64,000 nucleotides of DNA from Entomortierella parvispora E1425 (GCA_020891255.1 BQFW01000013.1:1302001-1366000); one strand, 5' to 3'. Numbered from the stretch's first letter, positions 24,029 through 37,593 are shown. Numbers and translations are program-made. Notes: a model not told the origin generated them from the sequence alone.

Positions 24029-24806
24029 TTATTGGTTACCGGCCAAGGCAGCATCGCGCTTGGCAGCCTCCTCGGTCTTCTTGTCATTCTTGTGCTGGCT
24101 CAAGAGGTATCCGGCACCAGCGGCGGCCAAACCGGCCAAGGCCAGGCCAGCACCATCCGCCAAGCGCTCCTTGTTCTTCAAGCCCTTGACGCGGTGCTGG
24201 TGGTCAGCAATAATGATGGAAGTTCCCTTGGTCTGGGGGGACGAGGCTGCGTTGAGCTCAATGGTGGCTGAGGTCTGACCAGGCTGGGCCAAAGCGATCG
24301 TCAAGGTGATGAATCCCTTTTGCTTGCCCTCGGGTGTGTACAAGTCAAACTTGGCGGACAAGACATTTCCGGGAGCTTCCAAGACCTGACGCAAGGGGAT
24401 GGCGGCGAAACCGATGGGGGCATCGGCCGTCTTCTCGTGATCGAGAACCTCAACATACAACTCTTGGTACTCTGGCTTGTAGTTGTCCAAGGTCAAGGTC
24501 TGGTTCCAGGTGGCGCTCTTGCCAGCGTTCTTCTGGACGGCAGTCTTCTGGAACGACTTTTCGTTCTTGTAGTCAAAGGTGATCTGGGTGTAAGGGTCGT
24601 TCTTGCCAAAGTGCTAAAAAAAATGGGGGAAGCGCGATAAGAATCGGGAGAGAGAATTGATTTAGTTGTCAAAGAAATACGGATTGACATTGTCATGGGA
24701 ACTAAAATTGTATGTAAAGAGACAGATACGATACCTCAACATCAGCGAGATGGTCAGCAGAGTGGACGGTGACGTTGAGGGAAGCGTTGTGGTGGCTGTG
24801 GAGCAT
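24029..24806 (-). CDS. C2-domain protein, tandem paralog of the 21454-22639 gene without the polyQ/CBM tail
   Basis: Exons 24806-24735 and 24613-24029. DVEHFGKNDPY, NAGKSATWNQTL, VLDHEKTADAPIG, KGLKNKERLADGAGLALAGLAAAGAGYLL; intron in the same position (after DVE) as in the paralog. Confidence 0.88.
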
Positions 24807-25703
24807 GTTGGCTATAGTTGTTAGGAGGGATGGGTGTGTAAAGGAAGTGAGTGGTTGATGAATAGGGTGGGAAAGGAGGGGTATTTATACAAAATGAAGA
24901 ACGATGAGACGACACGCCATGGTGGATGATGCGATGGGGAGGCGCGCTTTCCCCCGCCCGAGGAACTCCAAAGGAAAACGTGCACCAGCCCAAGGCAAAC
25001 TGAATTGGTTGAAAGAACGGTGATAGACTAGTCCGCTTAAAGAATCCTGCTCCAACCTGTGGCCGTGCACAAAAGGCCACACTTCCAAGACCTTCTATCA
25101 AACACTGTGGGTGGGTCATGTCGCGTTGGCGCTAATTCTTGATTATTTGACAAGGCTCCTGGCCAGGGTACCCTGACCAATGAATAGCTGTGGCAACACG
25201 CGTCATGATACCTCTCCACTCGTTTGTTGAGGGGACAACTTCGTCTCCAGCCCAGTCCCAGTCCAGCGAAAGAAGGGCACTCAACTCTCTGCTGAGGAAA
25301 GATGATGATCCTGTTCTTGTTGAAAGTTGAGAGCACTTTTGTCATTGTGCGCTTACCAGGATTTATGACGAAAACAACGACGCGTACTGTGCCACGGCCC
25401 GTGTCATCATAGAGAAGGGAGATGCATTTAATGTACGTGATCACGTACATGTTATTCGTGCAACACTTCATTGGATCACTGCTTGCCATCCGAAAATAAG
25501 TTGTGTCTTTTCCACAGGATTGTTCTTTTTGTTTTTTTTTGCATGATTGTCTTTTGTAATTTTGGGGCATTGGGCGGAATGGCTGTGGCCCTGTGCTGCA
25601 TAGGTAATCTCAATTCGAAAACAAGGATCAGATCTTTATTCTCCTGTGGTGATTGAAAAACAGGTTGAGAACGGGGTATATACACAATGGAGAACTTTTT
25701 TCC

Positions 25704-27682
25704 TTAGTTACGGCGCTGATTGTATTTGCCGCAATAGATGGGCCGACCTCGGGACGTGTACTCATAATTGGAATCAAAGACCAGACCTTCAGGCAGGACT
25801 ACCTGGCGGTAAAAGTTACTGCATTGGTAACCGACCCGGTGTGGGATATGACTCGCAAATAACCCCCACTTGTCACCACAGCCATGCTCTCTGGCCACTT
25901 TCAGGAACAATTCCTTCTCCGGCTCGGTCCAATCGCCCGTCCATTGTTCCTGGGTCGAGTTTGCACAAAAACCAAGGAGAGAGACACGTTAGAAGTCAGA
26001 CTACGATGTCTTCACCTTTCGAAACACGAGTGTCCTTACCTGCCCAGGCTCATTGTGGCGATAAAAGAACGCGTTGGGGTTCTTTTTGAACATGGCCTTA
26101 GCTACCATCTTGGCATCATGCTTTGGTCCTCTCTTTCCAGATTTGCTCCTAACAGCATTTTCGCCCAATGGATCCTTAAAAGAAAAGGATCCGCCTCCAT
26201 TTGCATCCCAGGCCTCCTGTGCTGATCCTTCAAATCCATACTTGGTCATAACTTCTGAGTTCAGCCAGCCTCTGTAGTGACCATCCACACGAATCGCCTT
26301 TGCCCGCGTCTCTTCATCGAAAAAGAGATCGCCCGACATCAGCTTGCCTGCATCTTCCGCCTCGTCCTCGCTCAAACTATCAGCAGCGCTTCCTTTTCCA
26401 CTTTGATCCCGAGAGTTGACTTTACCAGCTACTTTAGAGCCTCCAGTTTGGATTTGATCGTTCTCATCGATCTCGACTGTTGTGTCAACTGCGAGGCCAC
26501 GAACCCGATTAGAGACACGGACAGGCAAGATAATCTTGGGAGCTGCTTAAATAATGAGAATAAATTTAGAAACCAGAAGCCACCATCTCGACTCCCGCTT
26601 GAATGAAACGACGAAGTCCCCTACCTTTTTTGACGGGATTTTTTCTTGGTATCCTAAGAATCAAGAATCAAATATGTATGTCAGTCACTTCTGAGACGTT
26701 CGCTTCTCGGATCGGAGATGTCTGTGAGTTCCAAAAAGTTCAATGTTGCTTACCTGACTGGCGCAGGTGTCGAACTCTCGGCTTTGAGTGCTACAACACT
26801 CTCTACAACTGCAGAGACAGCTTCTGGAATCCTCAATTGCAAAAGCATTTCCTGATTTTGTCTAATGTTTTCCAGTCGCTTTAACTCTATCGATATATAT
26901 AAGCGTGAGTGAAAGAAGTTCAGCGGTTCAACAGGCATCTTGTCCATTGAAAGTTGAGATGGAGCAAGATTCGTACCGTATTCAGACAATTTTGCCTGCT
27001 TCTGGCTACGCCTTGGCGCTGGCTCGTTTGCACTTGCGACACGTTTTGTCCGCCCATAGTCTCCGTCGTCTTCATCGTCGCCTTGTTCTTCTTCAGAATC
27101 AGTCCTATCGCCATCGCTCTCGCCATCGTGTCCAGCATCCAGATCCGACTGTTCTGGCTTTACAACTCGCGTTGGTCGACTCCATTTACGCTTCTTGGCC
27201 GATAGCAACGCCGGTACCACTGCAAGATTATCAATGGTCTCTACCGTAGAGAGTGATACAGTGGTCGCCTCCGACATTGTTGTGGCTTTTTTAGGCGTGG
27301 ACGCGAGCTCCTTTATCTCTGTATCCTCTCGATTTTCTTCACAGACTGGCGGTAAGTCTCCAGTAGTAAATGTGCTCTCCACAGCAACACGATCGAGATC
27401 TGATAATTCTCTGTCAGAGTGCTCTGGATTGCCGATCGATAGTTGCGTAGCCTCGGGCACGTCGTGGCTTTGGAAAGATGTTTCGGTCCCGTCGGCGAGA
27501 TCCATGCCATTTGTAGTCAGCTTCGACGAAATTGAATCATCAGCCACTTCGACCTTCGTCTTCACGACATCCACAACTGATGCGCGCTTTTGTGCAAGGG
27601 GTGGTATGATATCTGCCGTCGCGTCAGCCACGCCTACGCTCATTCGTGTTCTCCGGGTGCTGACCATGTTAATGTCATTCAA
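25704..27682 (-). CDS. Myb/SANT-like domain protein with a long low-complexity N-terminus
   Basis: Four exons including a ~29-bp microexon near 26622-26650. C-terminus FFYRHNEPGQEQWTGDWTEPEKELFLKVAREHGCGDKWGLFASHIPHRVGYQCSNFY. Confidence 0.8.
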
Positions 27683-27891
27683 TACGTTGGAAGTGATCAG
27701 CCAAAAAGGCGCGCGTTGTCGTGCCTCAAATTCAAAAAAAAAAAAAAAAAAAAAAAAAAAAGCACGTGATCTTTTTTTTTTGCTGCATCTTTGCCTTCAC
27801 AAGTTCTGTGGGAACTCTTCGTTGTTGTCAACAGCAAGTTTTTATTCGCAGACAATGGTGGTGGTGATACAAATGAGATGAATAAAATATA

Positions 27892-29978
27892 TTACTCCTT
27901 CCGCCTCTTTCCATCCTTGCTCGATGCCATGTCGAGACCAGTCCTCTTCTTGGACACATCTTTGTTAAAGCTGTCAAGTCCGAAAATATCATCCTCCTTC
28001 TCGAACGCTACAGGTCCATCACGCTGCATATTCCGCCCACCTTCAGCTCCCTTGAAACCTCTGGAAGTTCCACTAATACCAGCGCCGCTGAAACGATCTG
28101 ACGCCAAGGCTCGGTTAACATCATCCTCCGTTCCGACATCGTCGTTACCGCCATCGCCGCCTGACCGCTTAGGTCTATAAACACTTGATCCTGTGTGCGT
28201 AAACATGGGCTTGTCGTAAACACTGTAAGCTTCATCGTCCTTGAATCCAGAGTCCAAGCCTGCTGACTGGTTGAACAAGCGGGAATCATACATGCTGTCT
28301 TTGCTCTGTGTCGGCTTGGCAAGACCCAAAGCAATTTTCTCAGAGATATCTCGTCCCTCGTTTCTACAAGAAAAAAAAAGGATGTCCAGAGAAACCATGG
28401 ACAAGTATTAGCATACATTCTCTCTACTTTGACTGGCACTCGAAAGATCCATAATCAAATTTTACCTGGCCATGACCTTGGCTTTTTGCTCAGCACCCAT
28501 ACGAGACATACGGATATCCTTCTCACGCTCATGGTCCCGCTCCTTGCGGAGTGCGTCTCTTTCACGGGCGCGTTTCTGTGCATCCTCGTCTTCCTCATCG
28601 TCAGATCCTGACTCTGATCCAGAATCCACGCGTGTCTTCTGATTGTCTGAAGCTCCTGCTGAGGATGAGACGATGCCAGCTCTCTCGTCGCGAGCCCTCT
28701 GAGCGAGAGCACGCAAGTTTTGTTCCTTGGCCTCCTTCTCCTTCTGAGCCACTCTCTGCTGCATCAAGCCTCTCTGGCGAACCTCCTCCTGGGCGTGACG
28801 GGCAGTAAGAGCTAAAGCCTCAGCAAGCTTTGCAAAATTGTCATTGATCTGCACATCCTGCAATCCGCGTCCATCTGCAGCAAGACGCTTATCCAATGGA
28901 ATGGTATAACCCTTTGCGTTCTTCCAGTTGGAAATGCAAGGGGGGATCACCCAGTCTGCCTGCTCCTTTGCTGTGACTTTGCGAGGGGGGGAGTGAAGAA
29001 CTGGAGGGGGAGGCGAGGGAGGTCCACGGGGAACTTTCTTGTGATGATGCTTTGGTGGTTCCATAGGGTCCACAGGCATCTCCACCATCCTGATAACTCG
29101 TTGATTCACTCCTGCTGCTGATGCCGACTGGTTGGCCGGTGTATAACGAATATAAGTTGGTGCTCCGGGTTTGTTATTGGACACAACGCTCTTTGGCTGA
29201 GCAGCAGTGATCTTGGCTAAAGACCACATGTATAGGAGATGGTAACATTGGTAAGAACAATGGTCGTATTTGTACAGCGCCAATTCCGTCTGACGTCCAA
29301 CAACAGTGCTTACACTTTGAAATCTTTCCCAGGGCAGCAGCAGTGCGTTCCGCAGTGGCGTTCACTTCTTCTTGACTAGGACGACTCAAAGAAATCTCGC
29401 CCACATCGGCACGCTCAGCCAAAGGAACAAGATCTTTAAACTGCGACTGCACAATCTGATTCGAGGAATGTCCACGCTTGGCGATGGCATCATAGGCGAT
29501 ATTTCCTTGTCCATCCACTTGAAGTGCAATAGTCGATCCTGCCTTTGTTGCGGTCTAGACACCACCCGACAAGGATTAAGATAGCAATTAATACAAGGAA
29601 AGAGTCATGCTCATGCGTGTATAAATATAGAGAATGGGTAGTTTGGATAACGAAAAACTCGCTTTACCTTCTTCTTGCGACCCATGTCCAGAGGATATTG
29701 AGCACAGTTGATTTCAGGATAAGCGCCTCCATCACCGAAGTCCTCTGGCTTTCTGGGCTTCCATCCCTTTCGCTGTCCGTAAGCCGGTATCCTGGCAACA
29801 GGCGCTGCAATAGCATTGCTGTGCTGATGATGGTCGTGCTGAGCCTGCTGATGCACTGGGGCAGGCAGAAGACTATATCAAGCATGCAAAGGACAGTCAG
29901 CATCAGCCCAATCATTGCTCTTTACCCGACCTGTCTGCGAAAGAGGCATCATAATAGTTACCCAGAGAGAGAAGACAT
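27892..29978 (-). CDS. PRP45: Spliceosomal SNW/SKIP protein
   Basis: MSSLSGLLPAP, GDGGAYPEI, SNW motif IPPCISNWKNAKGYTIPLDKRLAADGRGLQ, YDSRLFNQ. Confidence 0.97.
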
Positions 29979-30399
29979 TTGAAACGATGTAAGAAAGAGA
30001 GGGAGAGAGATAAGGGATAAAGGTGAATGCAGGACGGAGGGACCAAGACAGGGGAGAAGGCGAGATTCAGAATGAATGAGGAAACGCAGCGGATCAATTA
30101 TGTGATGCGCCCCCCTTTGCATCAACCTTGGGACCAAATTTCCCAAAAAAAAAAAAATGACGTCACCGTACAATCCAACAGTGTGGGTGCTTCCCGAGTA
30201 CCCACCACGCGTCGCACTTGCGCACTGCTGGAGCGTGTCCTGCCCTGTCCCGTCCTGTCTTGTTCTGGTTGTCCATCGCTCGACTCCTTGCTTGCTTCAT
30301 TCTCCCTCTCCCTCTCTCTTTCTCCTTCTTGATATTATTGTCTCTTCTTTTCAACAACTTCTCATCACCCAGTCACCCCCCTTCGTAATCACATCCACA

Positions 30400-31451
30400 A
30401 TGTCCGGTCTTAAGCCAGGAGAGGTCAATCTCGGTGTAAGTTCCTCCACGAGAGGCTCATTGTCCAAAACCCCACCCGAGCAAGCCCTGCCAAATATACT
30501 GTTACTTTGCGTCTACTAAGTCTGTCCCACTGCCTCCCTGTTCTCGCTCTAGACTTCCATCATGGCCGTAGAATTTGCAGGAGGCGTCATCATCGGTGCC
30601 GATTCTCGCACAACTACAGGATCTTATATTGCCAACAGAGTCACTGACAAGTTGACGGAGGTTCACGACACCATCTACTGCTGCCGATCAGGAAGTGCAG
30701 CCGACACACAGGCCGTTGCCGACATTGTTCACTACTACCTCCAGATGTACTCGTACGTACAATATGGCGCATTCTCGTTGTTGATATTTATCTGGACTTT
30801 ACGCGTGTTCTGATGCAGGATGGTTAACACTGACTGGATTTCAATCTCTGTTCATTTAATGCAGTGTCCAGAACGGAAAGCCCACGGTCCCATTGGCCGC
30901 ATCATTGTTCCAGGAGCTGTGTTATCAAAACAAGGACAACCTCAGCGCTGGAATCATCGTTGGAGGATGGGATAAGGAGAACGGCGGAAGCGTTTGGAAC
31001 ATCCCCCTGGGAGGATCTCTTCACCGCCAGCCCTTCGCTATTGGAGGCAGTGGATCGACATACATCTACGGTTACTGTGATGCCACATTCCGTGATGGCA
31101 TGAGCCAAGAAGAGTGCATCCAGTTTGTCAAGAACTGTGAGTAGATCTTTTGTGTGCAATGTTGTTTGATATTTTTATTAATACTGACAGACATCTTTGC
31201 TCGTCCCTCCCTACAGCTCTGGCCCTTGCAATGGCTCGTGATGGCTCTTCCGGAGGTGTCATTCGCATGGCAATTATCACAGAGAAGGGTGTTGAGAGAA
31301 TCTTTGTTCCTGGCGATGAGCTCCCTGGTAAGAAACAAATTTTGCCATACACCGCCCCGACTCCATTCGATACAACTGTTCTTCTTGACTTGAATGCTTA
31401 CTCGAGTTCAAATTACTCTTCCTTTTTCTAATAGTCCACTGGGAGGGTTAG
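30400..31451 (+). CDS. PRE3: 20S proteasome beta1 subunit
   Basis: [12 protein letters not shown]|TSIMAVEF (catalytic Thr), [27 protein letters not shown]; four introns. Confidence 0.97.
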
Positions 31452-31720
31452 AGTATGACTATAAATTCGAAAATTGTATCGATCAAAGTGAACATCCGGA
31501 CAAAACATCAAATTGCTTGGATTGTTCAATAAAAACAACAGCTTCCAGTCAACCGCTTGTAAGAACGGGTGCAACGAAGAAGGTCAGGGGGCCATTCTCT
31601 TCGATGGTGTTCATGATTTTATTTTTGGTATTTTCGATCGCGTCGATTTCTATGCAGCGACTTGTTTTGTCCTCTAGCGAGTCGTTTTCCATGGCACATT
31701 TGTCCTGTTTACGTCGTTAT

Positions 31721-32484
31721 TTACTTCTTTCCGTAGACCTCGCCGTCCTTGAACTCCTTTGCCCACTAAATGCCCGAAAAAAATAAAATAATTAGATCAA
31801 GGCGCCCCAACACATCCATAAAACAATGGACGATGATAAAATGAGGAACATGACCGTGATTCATACCATCTGGGATGGGATCCAGCCGGTAGGACGAGAG
31901 TGGCGTTGCTAGTGTGACAATGAGAAGACATAGAGGTATGTTCTTAGCAACTGCTCGTCTTTATCGCCAAAAAATCTCGGACATATCCAAAAAATGCTTT
32001 GGGGGCATACCTCGTTGTTTGCAGAGTACTTCCAGGCACCAGCAACAATGGCGGCAGTGATACCAACAGCGACGGCAGTGTTGGACTTCCAGTTAGTGGG
32101 CTGAGTCCACCAACCTCCAGTAGGAGACCTGGAAAAGAGATGGCGGGTACAATGAGAGACAAATCTTTAACATGCCGTCTTCAAGCAATGGAATAATGAC
32201 AATGATGATATTATAGACTGTCGAGCACGTCAGGGCCATCATTCTAGAGAATGAACGACTTCTCTGCGAACGCAGATTCTTCCTGTTGATCCAATTGAAT
32301 GATGAAGCACTCCTTCGTGCATTGAAAAGGAGTCCTAGGAAGTCCTGTGAAGTCCAATATCCCGAGAGCGGTTCGGAAGAACATTTCCGAGGACGGAATT
32401 GGGTCCAGGAAGGGGTTTGTGACGGAAAGTTGGTCAGCCGACATACCAGACATGCTTGGGGTAAGGGTAGCGACCACCGGACAT
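31721..32484 (-). CDS. Small complex I accessory subunit (fungal NUUM-like), ~80 aa, four exons
   Basis: Spliced MSGGRYPYPKHVW|SPTGGWWTQPTNWKSNTAVAVGITAAIVAGAWKYSANNE|QRHSRPTGWIPSQM|WAKEFKDGEVYGKK*. Confidence 0.8.
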
Positions 32485-32715
32485 TGTGATTAGAGATGGA
32501 GGGATGGGGAAGAGTGGAGAGGAAAGATGACAATGAATTAGTTGCAATTATCACCCCAGGTCAATGTATTTTGGTCGGGTGGCTTGCTGAGTGCGGCCGA
32601 TGTAGGTCACGTGCCGATCTGCGAGGCCAGCTGCCCGCACAAAATCAGATAACGTTTTTTTTTGACTCAGTCTTCCTCTTTGCATCAGCCTATTCATTCG
32701 TTTCATTCACCTACC

Positions 32716-33511
32716 ATGACCACTCTCATCAACCAGAACCCTGTCATCTACGAGGCCTCCGCTGGACACTCGACCCGGGAATGGCGTGAGGATGACGAGA
32801 ACGAGGACCAGGAGGACCCTATCGACGCCCAGGAGATCTTTGGTACATTCCATTCTCTCTCTTTCGCCACTCTGCGCAGACCATGGACATGGAACCTGCT
32901 GCAAGGAATAGCAACAAGCCCTCTTACTCATCAGTCGTACTTGGACTTTATATTCCCTTTATAGACCTCATTCGTTCCATTTCAGACCCAGAGCATCCTC
33001 TTTCCCTGGAGCAGCTTAATGTCACCCAGAGAGACCATATTCAAGTTTCGGACGAGAACAACAGCATCCTTGTCGAGTTCACGCCTACAATCCCACACTG
33101 CTCCATGGCAACATTGATTGGGCTCTGTATTCGTGTTCGTCTTCTTAGATGTCTTCCTTCTCGTTTCAAGGTAACGTACAATTCGGAATATCCTTAAGAA
33201 CTGTGTCTCTGTTGACGGGCAGTTTCGCAACGGATCCTCCCGGGCTCCTTATCCGTTCTCCGAGAATTATTTCGAATATCCATTCCTAACTTTTTTTTTC
33301 ATGATTCGCATTGCTATAGGTCGATATCTCTGTGAGGAAAGGTACACACCAGAGTGAGCACGCTGTGAACAAGCAGTTGAATGACAAGGAGAGAGTCGCA
33401 GCCGCTTTGGAGAACTCTCATCTACTTGAAGTTGTCAACCAGTGCCTCGCAACTGCCACCAGCGGAGGAGTCGTCGCCAACATTGTCAAAGGACCAACGG
33501 CTGTCAACTAA
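32716..33511 (+). CDS. CIA2: Cytosolic Fe-S assembly factor CIA2/FAM96B
   Basis: [58 protein letters not shown]. Confidence 0.97.
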
Positions 33512-33667
33512 ATCCGCCCACTCTACAATTTTCAATACCTCACCCGTTTGCCCGTTTGCTGTGCTCAGACTCTACTTGTACAATATTCTGTGAAATAAAA
33601 AAATGCGCTCTGTTCTCAAGTCAAAAGCCGAAGGGGAACATCCAACAGTACTTTATTGCGTGCTCAA

Positions 33668-35339
33668 TCAAAAGACGAGGTTCAGTTTGGTAGCATAGCC
33701 TTTCATTTCAACTCTGGGAAGGTAACCAGGTTCATCGTCCCATTTCGACACGTAGCCTTCAAAAGTGTGGTTGTCCTTATAGGTTGGAAAAATACAGCAA
33801 GGGCCATTCACCACAGGAAGTTCAGAACTTTTCAGCGAAAAACGGCCATTAAAAGTTTTGGTCTAGTAATTTTTTGGAAGGGAAAAAGGGAGGTGAGTTG
33901 ACTTGTTCAATTGATGAGTGGAATTCTCGCGAGATATACTGTCTTGTCCCTACCAAGAAGACGATCACCTTGCTGGAGGTTGACTTTGCTTTGACATAAA
34001 GAGTTGGACTTCTGGAAGCCAATTCCAGACCGATTTTTCCCCGTGCTTCCAGGTTGACTAAAGACATTGCCTTCACATCTGCCTTGATACTTCCACTGGA
34101 CTTGACGCTCAACTCTTTTCCTATAGAAGTGTCTGTGATTTCGACATCGCCTCGTATGGTCGTGACCACCATCTTGTTGGTGAGCCTGAAATCGTCCATC
34201 ATGATGAAAACATTACCCTTGAAACTGCTTTGAATCTCGAGAGCCCGGAACTCTGTGATATTACGCGGGAAAATAATGTCGATGTAGACACTTGTGCAGT
34301 TCCGGTAGAGAGCCTTTTTGAGGATCGGCGCCGTCATGTTCATAAAGAGGTTGGAGTCTGCCCTGCCCTTCTGGGTGTTCAACTGCAGAGAGTTGGCCAT
34401 GTGGGACAGCATATCTGGGGTCGACGCCTTCATGGACATTATGATTTGGATCTGGTCGGCGTTGATATCCCTGGATTGCACAACATTGATGTCGCCAGAC
34501 TAAAATAAAAAGATTTTGAAGACGCGTGAGAAACGGGTATTGTTCTAAGAGACTCCTCGCGTTATTGAAGCAGGCCATCGGTCAAGGGAACAATATACAA
34601 CTGCTAGGCCGAGTGACTTTACAATTCCATCTTCAAGACGAAAGGTGAGCTCAGAATACAAGACGGGGTCGATTGTTTGGCTCATGGTGACCACTTCAGC
34701 CCCTTTTGGCACAACACACTCGGGTGCAAAACAGTCAAACCACCAGAGCTGTTTTAGAGAGAGAGAGAGAGAGAGAGAGAAGGAAAGACGATCAGTGTTT
34801 GTTCATGAAATTACCATTGACTACAGTTGCACAGCTGCAAGGCAAGACTTACAATAAGAATGAACAGGGGTAATATTGAGGTCAAGATAATCAGGAACAC
34901 ACAAAATGTGTTTTGTCGCCCCCATGCTATCGTTCGCCGTGGTGTACGTTAGTATGAAGTGGCTACTAATAGCAAATTGGTCGAGGATTATGTCCAAGCA
35001 CATACCTCTGCATCTATTACGTCTAAGTTTGAGGCTGTCGCGCACATTGTTCCAATTGACTGATCGAGGCCGAGATCGAGGTCGAGATTCATTGCCAAGT
35101 AAAGGCGACCCCTCTGTGCTTTGACCGGCGGCATTGTCTCCGTTGATAGCGCCGTAGCTGTTTTGAGGGGGTTTCTTGGGTGGTGGGGGTGCAGTAGGGT
35201 ATGATGCTATCGGTCGACCGCTTGGTGTGTATTTTGGTGGTTGATCCTCGCTCATGGGGTCGATATCCACTACGGTGGATTCGGAAGTGTGGCCCTGCGC
35301 TGTAGCTGAGGAGTCGTCCGTTGGGTGTCCTTGGGTCAT
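33668..35339 (-). CDS. Hypothetical multi-exon protein; disordered N-terminus plus a beta-rich DUF4097/adhesin-like region (tentative)
   Basis: Exons give MTQGHPTDD..., SGDINVVQSRD, FKGNVFI, IRGDVEI, SSGSIKA, FNGRFSLKS...KLNLVF*, with periodic G-[DNS]-[IV] motifs. Confidence 0.5.
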
Positions 35340-35945
35340 TTTTTCTTCCGAGTAGGGTTCTGGTTCGGATTCAGGGGGGGGGGGAAGGTGAGCAAAAAGG
35401 AGAGTGATGGGCGACTGGAAGTATTTATTGACATTGCATCGTTGGCCGAACACAAACAACAGCCCACATTTGGTGCGGTTGTGCCATGCATGGATGACGG
35501 TCAAATCCATTTTTTTTCCTCGCCAAGGGAAATTTGGCACTGTTAACTCAGCGTGTGAACATCGACTTCTACCGCAGCGGATCATGTCCAAGGGACAAAA
35601 GTCGACATGGTATCGCAGCCAAGTAAAAAAATCATCCTCGATCACTAGCCCCAAGTTTTCGCGGATAAAGAGCTGTGCAGATGTTTCCATGTCCTCCTGC
35701 CTCTCATCCAAGACCTTGGAACGATTGATATCGGGCAAACACAGCTGTCCGTCAACGCGCTCTCAGACGCGTTTTCTTTGATAAACTATTCAATATTTAT
35801 GAAACGTCATTGAAGCCAATTTTTAGCAGATTTTATGCTAGCTTTTTTTTTACCCAAAAAAAATCGCTCCCCTGATTCGTCTTCACAACTGTCGCAAACA
35901 TCCATCTCTCCAATTCTCCATTCATCACCAACAAAGAAGACCTCC

Positions 35946-37380
35946 ATGGAATCACTCAACAAAAAGACCCCCTCAGGAACAACGCCCCTAAGCTTTGCTT
36001 CTGCTGCTGCTGCTAGCAAGACAACAGCCACCTCTGCCACTGGAACTGCAACACCAGGAACAGGAGCATCGACACCTTCGGCCAAGAATGGCAGCCATCC
36101 ATCCACCACCCAGGCATCGCCAGTCTTGGGCTCCCAATCTTCCGCCACTCTCAGTTCTAGGCCTCAGTCGGGAAAGAGCTCTGCTGCCCCAACGACTGCC
36201 AGTAGTCCCACCACCCCCGCCGCGCCGACCAATGGACTGGAGTGGATTCTTGAAATGCCCGTCAGAGTCGTCACCACGGCGGATGAGATCTTTGAAGGCA
36301 AAGTCTACGCCTACGACGTGACCATGAACTGCCTTGTACTTCATATCAATCTCGTGTCTCGAAGCATTGCTTGTTTTCGTCGTTACTGTTTTTTGCAGTT
36401 TTTGCTTCCTTTTTTTTTTTGCTTTTTTGTTTTTTTACTTGTTTGATGCTCTGAGCGTTTGATCCGCTTCTGAAGGCAAAGCCTATAATCCCTTAACTGC
36501 GAATGCAATGCCCTTTTTGCAAACCTTTTCTATTTTGACTCCAACACAGTGCCCGTCCAAGTCTGTATCAGCTACCGGAACCCCGACGACCTACTACAGT
36601 CCATCTCTGGGGAACAATAACAGCAACAATGGCAACGCTGGAGCACGTCCCAAGTACGATTTCCGGATTCTCAAACTCAACTACATCAAGGATGTGACTC
36701 CCTTGGAATCGCTTAACACGAGCCAGAACAAATCAGGAGCCGAATCCTCTGCTGCCACGGCTTCGATCAAGAGTAACAATGGCAGTGCTGCCAGCTCCCC
36801 CAAGCCTGAGTCTGGGGAGGAGGAGAGAGTTAATAACAATACATTTGGCAGCACGTACGCGTCGGTATTACCTGCCGTAGGTTATGTACAACTCGATAAA
36901 ATTCAACAAAAGGAACAGCAGGCTGTTCGGGAGGCACATGCAGCCGCTGCTCGCATTGGTGTTGGCGTATCGACCATTGCACAGGATATTTTCGACGCCC
37001 TTAGCAAAACGTAGGCTTTTCATCTGCATATTTCTGATGGCCTTTCGATCAATGAACATGGCTTGTGGAGATTAACACTCTAGAATTTTATTTCTCCCTG
37101 AAATAGTCTTCCCTGTCGGTGGGCCAAGGATTCAATTGTGGTTATGGATGAGGTTATCATTGCACCTCCATATGAGCCCGAGAACTGCAAGGCTAACGCC
37201 TCCTCATCATACACGCTTGCACGTGTTAGGAAAGTGGTAAGTCTGCCTCCAGAGTTGATGCTTCCCCATTTCACTTTGATGCAACATAAAGATTTGTCTT
37301 TGAATAACGAATCTCTTCACCCGCTCTGAACACTATAGCTTGAAGGAGAAAGATCGCGTCTGGCAAATGGTCGCAAGTAG
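35946..37380 (+). CDS. LSM12: LSM12-like protein (Lsm fold plus anticodon-binding-like domain)
   Basis: VRVVTTADEIFEGKVYAYD, DFRILKLNYIKDV, IGVGVSTIAQDIFDALSKT|LPCRW, VMDEVIIAPPY. Confidence 0.9.
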
Positions 37381-37593
37381 ACCTTGAATAAAAATTGTAG
37401 CAATCTGGCCATTGAGTCGTGCTCCTCACTTGGTGGCGCTCAGATCACAGTCACGCAACTTTCTTCAAAAAAAAAAAAAAAAAAAAAAAGGAAACAACGT
37501 TGATTCGGCATCAGGTGTAAGCATCAACAAGCTGTAGGAGCATCAATTGGAGACAGGAATAGATCGTAATCCAGGAAACAACCTAGGGCAACC

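Noticed and set aside
27733-27761. Long poly(A)/(T) tracts elsewhere (e.g. ~897-917, ~5478-5497, ~12860-12883, ~19026-19043, ~37468-37489) as retro-tails
   Set aside because: No adjoining A/B sequence or TSDs. They are typical intergenic or intronic poly(dA:dT) tracts, and (GA)n/(CT)n runs are ordinary microsatellites.
28432-28458. Peptide TGTRKIHNQ encoded both here and at ~55242-55268 with only synonymous differences
   Set aside because: Here it lies antisense to a PRP45 intron and there in intergenic DNA, with no flanking similarity. Best explained as chance among billions of frame comparisons.
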